Origin: Deltaproteobacteria bacterium
GTDB lineage: Bacteria > Myxococcota_A > Polyangia > Polyangiales > Houyiibacteriaceae
DNA: 64,000 bases
Reading direction: 5' to 3'
Assembly: GCA_034670305.1 (NCBI GenBank)
Contig: JAXMNT010000033.1
Span: forward strand, 20,386 to 84,385
In this document: piece by piece, positions 1 to 9,528 of the stretch
Layout of the letters: the number at the start of each line of letters is the position of its first letter
Position numbering within the stretch: position 1 is the first letter of the stretch
The notes under the pieces: model-generated
What the model saw: only the letters and a program-made list of their open reading frames with translations
Databases searched by the model: none
Told to the model about the DNA's origin: nothing
Position numbers and translations under genes: made by a program

Positions 1-39
1 CCGCGCTCTACGCCTAGCCAGCGCAGCGCCGCATCCCCA

Positions 40-267
40 TCCGCTGCCGCTTCCGTTTCCGTTTCCGCTTCCGAGTCCGCTTCCGAGTCCGCTTCCGCTT
101 CCGCTTCCGAGTCCGCTTCCGAGTCCGCTTCCGCTTCCGCTTCCGCCGACCGCTTCCGCCGACCGCTGCCGCTGCCGCTACCGCCGACCGCTTCCGCCTT
201 CCGCCTTCCGCCGTCCGGGTTCCGCTTCCGCTTCCCGCTTCCGCTTCCGCTTCCGCTTCCGCTTCCG
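40..267. repeat. Intergenic hexamer tandem repeat (CCGCTT/CCGAGT/CCGCCG) downstream of hypF
   Basis: Directly visible runs of ccgctt/ccgagt units with no unique spacers. Confidence 0.9.
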
Positions 268-269
268 AC

Positions 270-2579
270 CTAGGCGCGCGCGGCGGCGATCGCGAGTTGC
301 CCGAGCGCGAGGCACCCGTCGTGCGGGGGAAGTCGTTCGTGCAGCAAGACCCGCAGTCCCGCCGCCTCGAGTCGATCGACGACGGCTTCGAGGAGCCATC
401 GGTTCAGGAAGCAGCCGCCGCTGAGAGCGACCGTGCCGATGCCCCGGACCGACGCGCGTTCGATCGCGAGCTCCGCCACCGCGCGGGCGAGCCCTGAGTG
501 GAATCGCCCGGACACCACCGACACCGGCACACCGCGCCGCACGTCCTCGAGAAGCAGAGGCCACATGGGCGCGGCGCTCAGACGGACGACGTCGTCGGCT
601 CGCGTGGAGAACGGGTACGCCTCCATGCCCTCATCAACCCGCGGATCGACGAGCGCTTCCAGCGCCATCGCCGCTTCCGCTTCGTAGGCGATCTCCTCAC
701 CCCGCACATCGAGCGCCCGGGCGACCGCATCGAAGAGCCGGCCACACGACGACGCAGGGGGCGCACCGAGCCCGCGTTCGAGCATGGTCTCGAAGACGTC
801 GCTCCGCCGTGCCATCAGCGCTCGAATGCTCGGCACGTCGGCGAAGGCGCCGATCTCATCCCAAGACATCGCGGCGCGCAGGTGCGCGTAGAGACTCCGC
901 CACGGCGCGCGGGCCGCGCGGTCCCCGCCCAAGAGCGCGACCGCCTCGAGTGCCGCCACCCGCTCCGAGCTGGCGTAGTCGCACACCAGGAACTCACCGC
1001 CCCAGAGGGTGCCGTCGTCCCCGTAGCCCAAACCGTCCAGCGCCACCCCGAGCACCGGGCCGCTCGCCGACGACCATTGGTTCTCTGCGAGACACGCGGC
1101 GATGTGCGCGTGGTGGTGTCCGACCCGCTCGAGCGGCAGCCGCTGCGACTTGGCGAAGCGCGCCCCGAAGTCGCTCGACGCGTAGTCCGGGTGCGCGTCG
1201 ACGACCACACCCTCCGGCGTGAACCCATGGAGCGCCGAGAACAGCGGCAACGTCGACTCGTACGCCAACATCGCGGCGGGATGCGTGAGTTCGCCAAGAT
1301 GCGGGGCCAGGGTGGCGCGCGCGTCCCGCGAGAGCGCGAACGCGGCTTTTCGATCCGCACCACACGCAAGCCAGGAGCTCGCGTGCCCCAGTTCCGCCGG
1401 CAGCTCGATGGACGACGGACCGTACCCGCGGGCGCGCCGCACCATGCGCATGCGACCCGCGAGCGGCGCGGCCACGGAATCGTCCGCCCGGTGCGCGATC
1501 CTCCGGTCGTGGCCCAGGATCGCATCGGCCACGCCGGCGAACTTCTGCACCGCATCCGCGTCGTCGATCGATTGGGGTTCGGAATGAAGGTTGCCGCTCG
1601 TACAGACGAGCGGCCGGCCGACCCGGCGCGAGAGCAGATGGTGCAACGGTGTGGTGGGCAACATTGCTCCGAGGCGCCGCTGGTCGGGTGCCACTTCTGA
1701 AGCGATGCCGGAACCGACCACGTGTTCCAGCAGCACGATCGGCCCCTCGGGTCCGGTCAGGAGTTGCTCGGCCTCGAGCTCGAAGCGAACACACGCGCGG
1801 GCGGTCTCGACCGATTCGAAGAGCACCGCGAAGGGTTGATGCGGGCGGCGTTTGCGATCCCGAAGCCGGGCCACCGCGGCGGACGACGTGGCGTCGCAGA
1901 GCAGTTGGTACCCGCCGAGCCCCTTCGCGGCGACGATGTGTCCGTCGACGAGCCCTTCGGCCGCGCGCTCGAGACACGCGGCGTCGCCGTGCATCGCGTC
2001 GCCCGTCCCGAGATCGCGCCACCAAAGACGCGGCCCACATGCGGGGCAGGCGATGGGCTGAGCGTGGTGTCGGCGGTCGCCTTCGTCCGCGTACGCCACC
2101 GCGCAGTCTGCACACATGGGGAAGTCCGCCATGGTGGTTCGGTCGCGGTCGTAGGGAATCGTCTCGGTGATGGTGTACCGGGGACCACACTCGGTGCAGC
2201 TCGCAAATGCGTGGCCGAAGCGGCGGTCCATCGGCTCCGCGATCTCGAGCAGACACTGTGGGCAGGTCGTGGCGTCAGGGACCACTTCGGTTCGCACGTT
2301 TCCCGACCGCCCAGACGGTGTGATCAGAAACCCGTCCGGCGGCGTCTCGCGGAACGCGTTGCGTTCGATGTGTTCGATGCGCGCGAGCCGCGGCAGCTCG
2401 GCCCACAGCCGCGCCAAGAGCGCGTCGCACCCGGCGCGATCGGTGTGCAGCACGAGGACCACGCCTTCGGTGTCGTTCCGAACACTGCCCGCGACGCCGA
2501 GCGCACGGGCGATGCGCGCCACGGCCGGCCGAAACCCCACGCCCTGTACACGCCCGCGGATGCGAATTCGTTCAGCCAC
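270..2579 (-). CDS. hypF: Carbamoyltransferase HypF
   Basis: Acylphosphatase N-terminus (GRVQGVGFRP), two zinc fingers (CPQC..CTECGPRY, CADC..CPACGP), KGLGG, HHHAH, DGLGYG, SSCGRLFD, HDGCLALGQ. Confidence 0.97.
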   Translation of the reverse strand: MAERIRIRGRVQGVGFRPAVARIARALGVAGSVRNDTEGVVLVLHTDRAGCDALLARLWAELPRLARIEHIERNAFRETPPDGFLITPSGRSGNVRTEVVPDATTCPQCLLEIAEPMDRRFGHAFASCTECGPRYTITETIPYDRDRTTMADFPMCADCAVAYADEGDRRHHAQPIACPACGPRLWWRDLGTGDAMHGDAACLERAAEGLVDGHIVAAKGLGGYQLLCDATSSAAVARLRDRKRRPHQPFAVLFESVETARACVRFELEAEQLLTGPEGPIVLLEHVVGSGIASEVAPDQRRLGAMLPTTPLHHLLSRRVGRPLVCTSGNLHSEPQSIDDADAVQKFAGVADAILGHDRRIAHRADDSVAAPLAGRMRMVRRARGYGPSSIELPAELGHASSWLACGADRKAAFALSRDARATLAPHLGELTHPAAMLAYESTLPLFSALHGFTPEGVVVDAHPDYASSDFGARFAKSQRLPLERVGHHHAHIAACLAENQWSSASGPVLGVALDGLGYGDDGTLWGGEFLVCDYASSERVAALEAVALLGGDRAARAPWRSLYAHLRAAMSWDEIGAFADVPSIRALMARRSDVFETMLERGLGAPPASSCGRLFDAVARALDVRGEEIAYEAEAAMALEALVDPRVDEGMEAYPFSTRADDVVRLSAAPMWPLLLEDVRRGVPVSVVSGRFHSGLARAVAELAIERASVRGIGTVALSGGCFLNRWLLEAVVDRLEAAGLRVLLHERLPPHDGCLALGQLAIAAARA

Positions 2580-2603
2580 GCCGCGTCTCTGTCTCTCCTG
2601 GGA

Positions 2604-2894
2604 TCAGTCGCGGGTGGTGCGCCGGCGGTGCCACCAGACACCTGCCGCCACGACGACCAAGGAGACCCACACCATCGCGTGCACCGGCTCGACCACCTGA
2701 TGCGCGACGAGGTTGTCGGTGTGGCCGTGTCCCGGGTGCGCCCAGGCGTGGCTTGGCATCAGCAGCCCGATGCAAGCGATCAGCGCGGCGTGGAGCGCGG
2801 CCGGCCGAAGCGGCCTCGACACGAGCGCCGGTGTCTCATTCGATGTGCGATTCACGGCGCAATCGTCGCACTTCGGCGCCTGGTACGGAAGCAA
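2604..2894 (-). CDS. Small His-containing membrane protein, HupE/UreJ N-terminus-like (start uncertain)
   Basis: Signal-like segment, then AWAHPGHGH..H..H, then one C-terminal TM helix; fills the gap between the PP2C gene and hypF. Confidence 0.5.
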   Translation of the reverse strand: MLPYQAPKCDDCAVNRTSNETPALVSRPLRPAALHAALIACIGLLMPSHAWAHPGHGHTDNLVAHQVVEPVHAMVWVSLVVVAAGVWWHRRRTTRD

Positions 2895-2897
2895 CGT

Positions 2898-4325
2898 TCA
2901 GCCCTCCCCGTACTTCGCCACCAACAGGCTGACGTCGTCCGCGGGTTGACGGCTCCACTTCACGAGCCCGCGCAGCACCCGATCGCGGACTGCTTCCGCC
3001 TCCCGAACCGGGCAGGTCTCGATCAGCTCGACCAATCGATCCATGTCGAGCATCTCGCCGAAGTCGTTGGTCGCCTCGATCAGCCCGTCGGTGAACAACA
3101 CCATCACATCGCCGGGTGCGAGTTCGAGCCAGCTGTCCTCGATCAGGTGCCCGATCTGCGCGCGCAGCCCAAGCCACACCCCCGGCGTCAGGATGCGCTC
3201 CACCTTTCCGGTGGCTTGGCGCCACACCAGGATGTGCTCGTGCGCCCCGGCGAACTCCACCTTTCCATCGGGTCGATAGCGAAGGAGACAGAGCGTGATG
3301 TAGTGATCGTCGCCGAGTCGGGCCCGGATGTTCTCGAACAGCACCTCGTTGAGAAGCGCGATCACCTCGGACGGGTGCGCTTCGGGACGGGCCCGGACCA
3401 AACCGGCGAGCGAGCTCTGGGCCATCAACATCACGAGGCCCGAATCCAGACCGTGTCCGGACACATCTCCGATCACGAGCCACGCACCAGGCCCGTCGCC
3501 GGTGGGGTGCACATCGTAGAAGTCCCCGCCGACCTCGGCCGCCGGTTCCATCGTGGCCTTCACGTCCAAACCCTCGATTGCGAACGTCGTGGGAAGGATG
3601 GCGGTCTGCACGTGCCGCGCGATCGCCTTCTCCTCGTCGATGCGCGCGCCCTCCACTGCCGTACGCAACGACAGCGCTTGCGCGGCCTTGCTCTCGGTGA
3701 TGTCGAACGCGACGCCCTGCAGGTACTCCGGTCGACCGAGCGCGTCGCGGATGATGCGCGCTTCGCCATGCACCCAGACCGTGTGGCCATCCTTCGCGAT
3801 GAACCGGCACTCCGCTTTGAACGGGCCACCGGTGCGCACCCCGCGGGAGAACTCCTGGTTCCACAACACCCGGTCCTCCGGATGAAGCCGCCAGTACCAG
3901 AGGAAGGGATCGGCCAGCCACTCTTCTTGCGACCACCCGAGCAGCTGCTCGACATGGGGGCTGACGTAGATCTCGTTCTCGCCTTCGCCGAGCATCGCCA
4001 TGAAGGTCACAGCCGGGATCTGCTGCACGAGGGTGCGGAGTCGCCGTTCTGCCGCCTCGAGGCGAACCTGCGCGCGTTTGGCCGCGTCGTGCGACTCGGG
4101 TGCCCGCGCGCGGCCGGTCTCCGGCCAAGTCACCCGCGAGCGGTCCGGGACGCCGTCGTCCAGCACCGCACCGGCGAGCAGATCGAGCAACTGCAACGCC
4201 TGCATCGCTTCGGCGACGTCCTCCGGGCTCAGGTCCTCGTCGAACAGGTCGGAGAAGGCTTCGGTGAGCCCCGGATCGAGCTCGCGGCCCGGCAGAAGGG
4301 CCTCTGGCCTCGGGTCTTCAGCCAC
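2898..4325 (-). CDS. PAS domain + SpoIIE/PP2C-family protein phosphatase
   Basis: PAS/PAC ([31 protein letters not shown]); PP2C motifs [28 protein letters not shown]; start overlaps hypB stop. Confidence 0.93.
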   Translation of the reverse strand: MAEDPRPEALLPGRELDPGLTEAFSDLFDEDLSPEDVAEAMQALQLLDLLAGAVLDDGVPDRSRVTWPETGRARAPESHDAAKRAQVRLEAAERRLRTLVQQIPAVTFMAMLGEGENEIYVSPHVEQLLGWSQEEWLADPFLWYWRLHPEDRVLWNQEFSRGVRTGGPFKAECRFIAKDGHTVWVHGEARIIRDALGRPEYLQGVAFDITESKAAQALSLRTAVEGARIDEEKAIARHVQTAILPTTFAIEGLDVKATMEPAAEVGGDFYDVHPTGDGPGAWLVIGDVSGHGLDSGLVMLMAQSSLAGLVRARPEAHPSEVIALLNEVLFENIRARLGDDHYITLCLLRYRPDGKVEFAGAHEHILVWRQATGKVERILTPGVWLGLRAQIGHLIEDSWLELAPGDVMVLFTDGLIEATNDFGEMLDMDRLVELIETCPVREAEAVRDRVLRGLVKWSRQPADDVSLLVAKYGEG

Positions 4326-5205
4326 CCGCGTCTCCGTCGACCCGCGCGCGCAACCAGTCGAGCCACGCCTCGAACCCTTCGCCGGTGCGTGCGCTCAAAC
4401 GAATGACCTCGAGCGACGGGTTCACGACCCGCGCGTATTCGACGCACCGATCGACGTCGAAGTCGAGGTGGGGAAGCAGATCGGTCTTGTTCAAGAGCAT
4501 CAGCGAACTCGCGCGAAACATATGCGGGTACTTGATGGGCTTGTCCTCCCCCTCGGTCGTCGAACAGACGACCACCTTGCAGTGCTCGCCGAGATCGAAG
4601 AGCGCGGGGCAGACGAGGTTGCCGACGTTCTCGATGAACAGGACGCTCCGGGGATCGGGGTCGAGCGCATCGATGCCCTTGCGCACCATCTCGGCATCGA
4701 GGTGACAGCCAGCCCCGGTGTTGATCTGCAGTGCCCGCGCACCGGCGGCGCGAATGCGCTCCGCGTCGTGGTCCGTGGCTTGGTCGCCTTCCAACACGCA
4801 CTGCGCGATGTCCCCGTCGAGCGCACGGATGGTGCGCTCCAAAATCGCGGTCTTGCCCGAGCCCGGGGAGCTGACGAGGTTGAGGGCCAGCACCCGGCGC
4901 CCACGAAGGAACGCGCGGTTCAGTCCCGCGATCTGATCGTTCTTGGCGAAGATGGCCTGTTCGATCGCGACGCGCCGACCCGAAGCCTCGTCACCCGCCT
5001 CGTCCTTCGCGACCGCGTGGGTGTGCGTCGTGCCGTCCGCGTGGGTGTGCGTGCCGTCCGCGTGGGTGTGCGTCGTGCCGTCCGCGTGGGTGTGCGTTCC
5101 GGGCGCCGCGCCGACCGCGTGGGTGTGCGTGGTGCCGTCCGCATGGGTGTGCGTCACACCCGCCTCCACCCCTGTCTCGTCTCCACAGCCACAGATGCCA
5201 CACAT
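4318..5205 (-). CDS. hypB: Hydrogenase nickel incorporation GTPase HypB
   Basis: MCGICGC N-terminal Ni motif, His-rich linker, [38 protein letters not shown] overlap with hypA. Confidence 0.97.
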   Translation of the reverse strand: MCGICGCGDETGVEAGVTHTHADGTTHTHAVGAAPGTHTHADGTTHTHADGTHTHADGTTHTHAVAKDEAGDEASGRRVAIEQAIFAKNDQIAGLNRAFLRGRRVLALNLVSSPGSGKTAILERTIRALDGDIAQCVLEGDQATDHDAERIRAAGARALQINTGAGCHLDAEMVRKGIDALDPDPRSVLFIENVGNLVCPALFDLGEHCKVVVCSTTEGEDKPIKYPHMFRASSLMLLNKTDLLPHLDFDVDRCVEYARVVNPSLEVIRLSARTGEGFEAWLDWLRARVDGDAGG

Positions 5206-5534
5206 CACGCCAACTCCATGTCGCGTATTCGCAACTGCTCGCCCGACACCCACTCGAGATCGGTCCCGCCACACCCACACTGCCCGTACGGCCGGTCGAG
5301 CACCAGCATCGCGTCGCACGCGCGACACCGCGCCTGCCCAGGCACCTCGTCGATCACGAGCGTTGCGCCCTGAATCGCGGTGCCCTCGCACGCGAGTTCG
5401 AATGAGAAGTGCAGCGCGTCGGGCAACACCGCCGCCAGTTTGCCGACTTCTATACGCACCGAACGAACTTTCGCACCGTGCGCCTTCTCGAGGACCACAT
5501 CGACGATCTGCATCGCGATCCCCATCTCATGCAC
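5205..5534 (-). CDS. hypA: Hydrogenase nickel metallochaperone HypA
   Basis: (M)HEMGIA start at GTG 5534; CRAC and CGCGG zinc-site motifs. Confidence 0.95.
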   Translation of the reverse strand: MHEMGIAMQIVDVVLEKAHGAKVRSVRIEVGKLAAVLPDALHFSFELACEGTAIQGATLVIDEVPGQARCRACDAMLVLDRPYGQCGCGGTDLEWVSGEQLRIRDMELA

Positions 5535-6105
5535 GGCGCTCCTCCTCATTGGGCACAGCGACCACGGGTTCGGGTTTCGCGGGTGGGGACGGGGGCGCAT
5601 CCCAGCCTCCATCGACGACCTGCCACACCCAGGCGGCCGCGCGATCCGCCGCCGCGTCGACGACCGCACTCAGCCCGGGCTCGTCCCACGCCGCCGGCTC
5701 GCACCCGAGCACGCGCACGTCGGGCAGGACGCCGGTGGCGCGCCGCACGAACTCGAGCACCCGCGCCGGGTCGAGTCCGTGGCCGTCGGGCGGCGACGTC
5801 GCGCCGCCATCTTTCGCATCCTCCGCGAAGCGCGGCTCGATGAGACTCAGCGTGCCGGGCGGTTCGCCGCGGCGCATCGCGTCGACCACGAGCACCCGCT
5901 CGGGCGCGTCCATCAACGCGTGCGCGAAGTCCATGCCGCGGATGCCGAACTCACGAAAGACCACGCCGCTCGGCAAGTGGCCGGCGCGCTCGTCCGCGAC
6001 AAGCCGACGCGCCACCTCGACCCCGAACCCGTCGTCTCCGAAGAAGACGTTGCCGATGCAGGCCACGAGCAGACGCGTCGCGCCGTGGGTGTCGGTCGCG
6101 GTCAC
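5527..6105 (-). CDS. Hydrogenase maturation protease (HybD/HhyD family)
   Basis: IGNVFFGDDGFGV, FGIRG, VVDA, DGHGL; GTGA overlap with upstream gene. Confidence 0.93.
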   Translation of the reverse strand: MTATDTHGATRLLVACIGNVFFGDDGFGVEVARRLVADERAGHLPSGVVFREFGIRGMDFAHALMDAPERVLVVDAMRRGEPPGTLSLIEPRFAEDAKDGGATSPPDGHGLDPARVLEFVRRATGVLPDVRVLGCEPAAWDEPGLSAVVDAAADRAAAWVWQVVDGGWDAPPSPPAKPEPVVAVPNEEERRA

Positions 6106-7343
6106 TGGAGCCGCTCCAGTTCGTCGGGGCGGTAGAAGAAGCGGTGGCCCGGCCAGCCCTGCGCGCCGAGGTCGCGCCCTGGGTCGTCGTCGATCGTCAC
6201 CGCGACCAGCAACACTCCGTCGACGTCCTGTTCGATCGACGCGATCGTGGCGATCCGATCGCGCAGCGCGATGTCCATCACGTCGCCGCGGCCTCTGGGC
6301 CGGATCCGGACCCGATCGCCAACCACCACCGCCTGTCCGCCGGCGCTGACCACCGAGGGTGGCTTGACCGAGAGCCGGCCATGCAGCGCGGCGAGCGCGT
6401 CGTCGTCCATGGCTTCCACCCGCGCGAGCAACTGGGCACCCGGACCACCGGCCCGGCGGAGTTCGTCTTGCTCGAACGGCGAGAGGGTGAGCACCCGGAG
6501 CGCGAGCATCTCGTCCATCTCGGTGCCGTCGAAGAAGTCGCCCGGGCTCTCGGGGGCGAGGCGCGGGTGGTCGTACACGATCACCGGCGAAGCGAGCATG
6601 GTGTCGCGCCGTGCCGCGGGTCCAACCAGCACCGGGAACACGCCTTCGTTCCGGCACTCTTCCACGTGTCCGGTCAGTGCGTCCGGCGGTTCCAAGAGCG
6701 ACACGAACTCAGATGGTCCGCGTTCACGAACGCCATCCCCGGTGGGCGCCGAGTCCTGCACAGAGAGCAACACGTGCACCGACGCCGCGGACCGGCGAAC
6801 CATCGTTTGGCGCTCGACGCGATCGGGCCGGCCGCGCCGCGCTCCGTCCGAGAGCGCGACCTGGGTCACGTTGCGTACCTCGATCGTCACCCGATGCACG
6901 TGGCGTTCGAGTCGTTCGACCTCGAGCAAACTCTGGAGCGCGAGGGGTTCGAACCGGCGGTCCAGATCGTCTTCTTCCGCGTCGAGGGCGGTGTGGCGCT
7001 CGCGCCGTGCATCGCGCAGCGCGCCGATGGGGTCGCCCACCAGCGCGATCCGCTCCTCCCGCGCTTCGTTGTCGCGGGACGCGTAACGAAGACAACGAAC
7101 CTGCGCGTGCAGCCGCGCGTCGTCGGGCGCGTGGACCAGCACTTCCAGGTGCAGGCGCCAACGCTCCGCATCGCCCATCGCTTCGGCGTAGCACCGAGGC
7201 GCGAGCACCCCGAACGGGAAACGTTGCTGGTTCTTCAAGCTGCTCGCTCGGTAGGGGTAGAGCACGAAGCCCTCGTAGAGCAGCGCTTTGGCCAGATCTT
7301 CGACGTGCGCGAACGCGGCCTCGTCCGATGCGTGGGGGCTCAT
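6102..7343 (-). CDS. Conserved group 1h hydrogenase-cluster protein (HhaC-like) with C-terminal SH3/KOW-like segment
   Basis: LYEGFVLYPYRASSLKNQQR, SPVIVYDHP..APESPGDFFDGTE motifs typical of hhy clusters; operon position. Confidence 0.8.
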   Translation of the reverse strand: MSPHASDEAAFAHVEDLAKALLYEGFVLYPYRASSLKNQQRFPFGVLAPRCYAEAMGDAERWRLHLEVLVHAPDDARLHAQVRCLRYASRDNEAREERIALVGDPIGALRDARRERHTALDAEEDDLDRRFEPLALQSLLEVERLERHVHRVTIEVRNVTQVALSDGARRGRPDRVERQTMVRRSAASVHVLLSVQDSAPTGDGVRERGPSEFVSLLEPPDALTGHVEECRNEGVFPVLVGPAARRDTMLASPVIVYDHPRLAPESPGDFFDGTEMDEMLALRVLTLSPFEQDELRRAGGPGAQLLARVEAMDDDALAALHGRLSVKPPSVVSAGGQAVVVGDRVRIRPRGRGDVMDIALRDRIATIASIEQDVDGVLLVAVTIDDDPGRDLGAQGWPGHRFFYRPDELERLQ

Positions 7344-8017
7344 GAGGCCTCCGAGTCTCGCGACTCATCCGCTTCGGCGCGCTCGAGCAACCGCGTCAGC
7401 GCGTCGTCCACACTCGCGGCGCCGTGGTGCAGCCGGAACCGATTGAGTCGATCGAACACGTCGGCACGCACGCTGAGTGGTCGCCGACTTCCGAGGCTGC
7501 GGTCGAGCGCCTCGCGCACCACCATCGCGTCGACCCGCGCCGGCGCTTCGTCCAGATGCGGAAACGGGAACGCGACAAGGCGATGCTCGGCCGGATCGGT
7601 ATGGAACAAGGTGCCGCGGCACAGCACCGCGATCGGCAGATCGCGATCGCCCGGCGCGTCGTCTGCGGTGAGCGCCGCGACGAGCTTGCCCATCGCATGT
7701 TCGAGTTCGAGCGTGACCGGCAGCGGCACATCCAGTTCCGTCTCGCGTTCGAACGCGGGGACGGACACGGTGGTCTGGGTCCAAAGGAACGCGTCCGTGC
7801 TGCGAGACCACAACTCGGCCGGCCCGAAGAGCGGCTCGAGGAGCGCACGCTCGGACGCACTCCAGCGACGGAGGCGCGGCTCAAAACGCACCTGCACGAC
7901 GAGCTGACCCGACTGAATCGGCGCCGAACAACGAAGCCGCAGCCCGAGCCGGAGCGCGGGTTCCACCGATCGCACCCCCGGTCGGACGTCGATCACTTGA
8001 AGGGCGACGTCAACCAC
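7340..8017 (-). CDS. Group 1h hydrogenase accessory protein (HhaB/DUF6084-like)
   Basis: QVRFEP..RR..E...L..LFG...W motif; GTG 8017 preceded by GGAGG; operon position. Confidence 0.75.
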   Translation of the reverse strand: MVDVALQVIDVRPGVRSVEPALRLGLRLRCSAPIQSGQLVVQVRFEPRLRRWSASERALLEPLFGPAELWSRSTDAFLWTQTTVSVPAFERETELDVPLPVTLELEHAMGKLVAALTADDAPGDRDLPIAVLCRGTLFHTDPAEHRLVAFPFPHLDEAPARVDAMVVREALDRSLGSRRPLSVRADVFDRLNRFRLHHGAASVDDALTRLLERAEADESRDSEAS

Positions 8018-9020
8018 GGCGCGCCTCCGATGACCGGGCCAGCGCATCGAAGAAGTCACGCACAGCGTGTTTCGCCTTCTCTCCCCCAGTGATGCCTTGC
8101 CACTCGCCCCGCAGCCGCGCGGTCAGTTCGAAACACCGATCGATCGAGACCACCCACGCTTGAAACGGAGGCCCGGCGAACACGAGGAGCGCTTCGGTGT
8201 TGGGGGCGAGCGCGGCGATCGCCGGATGGGCGCACGCGAGCCGGTCGAAGAGATCTTCGCGCACCGGATGGTCCACCACGCCGAGGGGGCTGGGCGAGGT
8301 GACGATGGGCGTCGCAGGGGCTGGGCCGGTCTTCCAGCGGGCGAGAAAAGCGAGTGAGATGGGGAGGCCGAGCGCGGACCACGCGGCTTCCAGGGAGTCC
8401 GCTTCTGTTGCTGCGTCTGCTGCTGCGTCTGCTGCGGTGTCTGCTGCGGTGTCTGTTGCTGTGTCTGCTGCTGTGTCTGTTGCTGTGTCTGCTGCTGTTG
8501 CTGTTGCTGTGTCTCCTGCTGTTTCTGCTGCTGCTTCTGTTTCTGCTGCTGCTTCTGTTTCTGTTTCTGTTGCTGCTTCTGCTTTCGAATCCGATCCCGA
8601 AGCCGAAGCCGATCCCGAATCCGAAGCCGAAGCCGAAGCCGATCCCGAAGCCGATCCCGAAGCCGATCCCGATCCCGAATCCGATCCCGAAGCCGATCCC
8701 GAAGCCGATCCCGAAGCCGATCCCGAAGCCGATCCCGAAGCCGAAGCCGAAGCCGATCCCGGATCCGATGGCGTGAGGCGCTTGGGCTTTTGGGCGCGGG
8801 GGAGGCGGGCGTAACGGGTGTCGGCTTCGTGGTCGAAGAGGAGGGCGCAGGCTTGGCAGGCGCATTCGATGGCGCGGGCGGCGGGGTGTACGAGGTGTTC
8901 GTGGACGGGGCCGAGCGGCGCGCCGCAGAGGCCGCAGCAGGTGTGCTGCGCCCGGCGGGTGCTGGCGCCGGTCAGCCGGCGGAGGGCGAAGATGCCGGCG
9001 CGTGGGATCCGAGCCTGCAC
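8010..9020 (-). CDS. Group 1h hydrogenase accessory protein (HhaA/DUF5947-like) with a large in-frame low-complexity insertion
   Basis: [46 protein letters not shown]. Confidence 0.8.
   Translation of the reverse strand: MQARIPRAGIFALRRLTGASTRRAQHTCCGLCGAPLGPVHEHLVHPAARAIECACQACALLFDHEADTRYARLPRAQKPKRLTPSDPGSASASASGSASGSASGSASGSASGSDSGSGSASGSASGSASASASDSGSASASGSDSKAEAATETETEAAAETEAAAETAGDTATATAADTATDTAADTATDTAADTAADAAADAATEADSLEAAWSALGLPISLAFLARWKTGPAPATPIVTSPSPLGVVDHPVREDLFDRLACAHPAIAALAPNTEALLVFAGPPFQAWVVSIDRCFELTARLRGEWQGITGGEKAKHAVRDFFDALARSSEARRG
8401..8765. repeat. Two-block intragenic repeat, (GCTGCT/GTTTCT/GTGTCT)n plus (GAAGCCGATCCC)n, inside the HhaA-like gene
   Basis: Visible tandem units encoding SGSA and TAAD/ETEA runs. 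Confidence 0.9.
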
Positions 9021-9024
9021 GAAA

Positions 9025-9528
9025 TCACCGTCCGCCGGAGAGACGCGAGGGAGAGATGAGCGCGGGGCCGTCCTCCGCCCCTTCGAGCAGCAGCTCCACG
9101 TCGGGCGCGGCTTGCAGGACCGCGGCGGTGACACGCTGGCGAATCTCCGCGCCGTGGCGGGTGTCGTCGTCCCGCGTCAGACGCACCCGGACAAACGCAC
9201 CCTCGACGCGCACGTCGTGCACGCGCGCACCGAGGCCGCGCAGCTCGGCGTCGATCGACGCGAGCGCCGCCTCCACGCGTTCCAGCGGCGTGCTCGGGTG
9301 CAGATCGTGCAGCATCAACAGCGACGCGAGCGCGGGGTCGGCGGCGAGGCCCTTGATCCGGGCGTCGCCGCCCTCCTCTTCCGCGAGGATCTCGAGCACC
9401 CGCTCGAGCCCTTCGCGGTGCATCTCGAGCACCCCCGTCACAAGCGCGCGGGCGCGCCCCTTCGCAACGGAGTCGTCCAACGCTTCCACCGCTTCGACGA
9501 GCGTCTCGAGTGTGTCGAACGCCGACAT
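9025..9528 (-). CDS. NifU-like protein (HhyE-like), CxxC absent
   Basis: H.EGL.RVL...DP.LASLL.LHDLHP....RVE.AL pattern; TGATG-coupled to hhyL. Confidence 0.75.
   Translation of the reverse strand: MSAFDTLETLVEAVEALDDSVAKGRARALVTGVLEMHREGLERVLEILAEEEGGDARIKGLAADPALASLLMLHDLHPSTPLERVEAALASIDAELRGLGARVHDVRVEGAFVRVRLTRDDDTRHGAEIRQRVTAAVLQAAPDVELLLEGAEDGPALISPSRLSGGR

Noticed and set aside
40-267. Hexamer arrays (also at 20667, 45197, 51846) as CRISPR arrays
   Set aside because: No constant 23-47-nt repeat with unique spacers, and no cas genes
1722-4406. 894-aa plus-strand ORF and similar long ORFs (6144-7907, 9510-11642, 15700-18297, 18717-22235, 28061-30319, 55398-58331, 59099-61309)
   Set aside because: Antisense shadows of well-supported genes; typical of high-GC DNA, with no recognisable motifs
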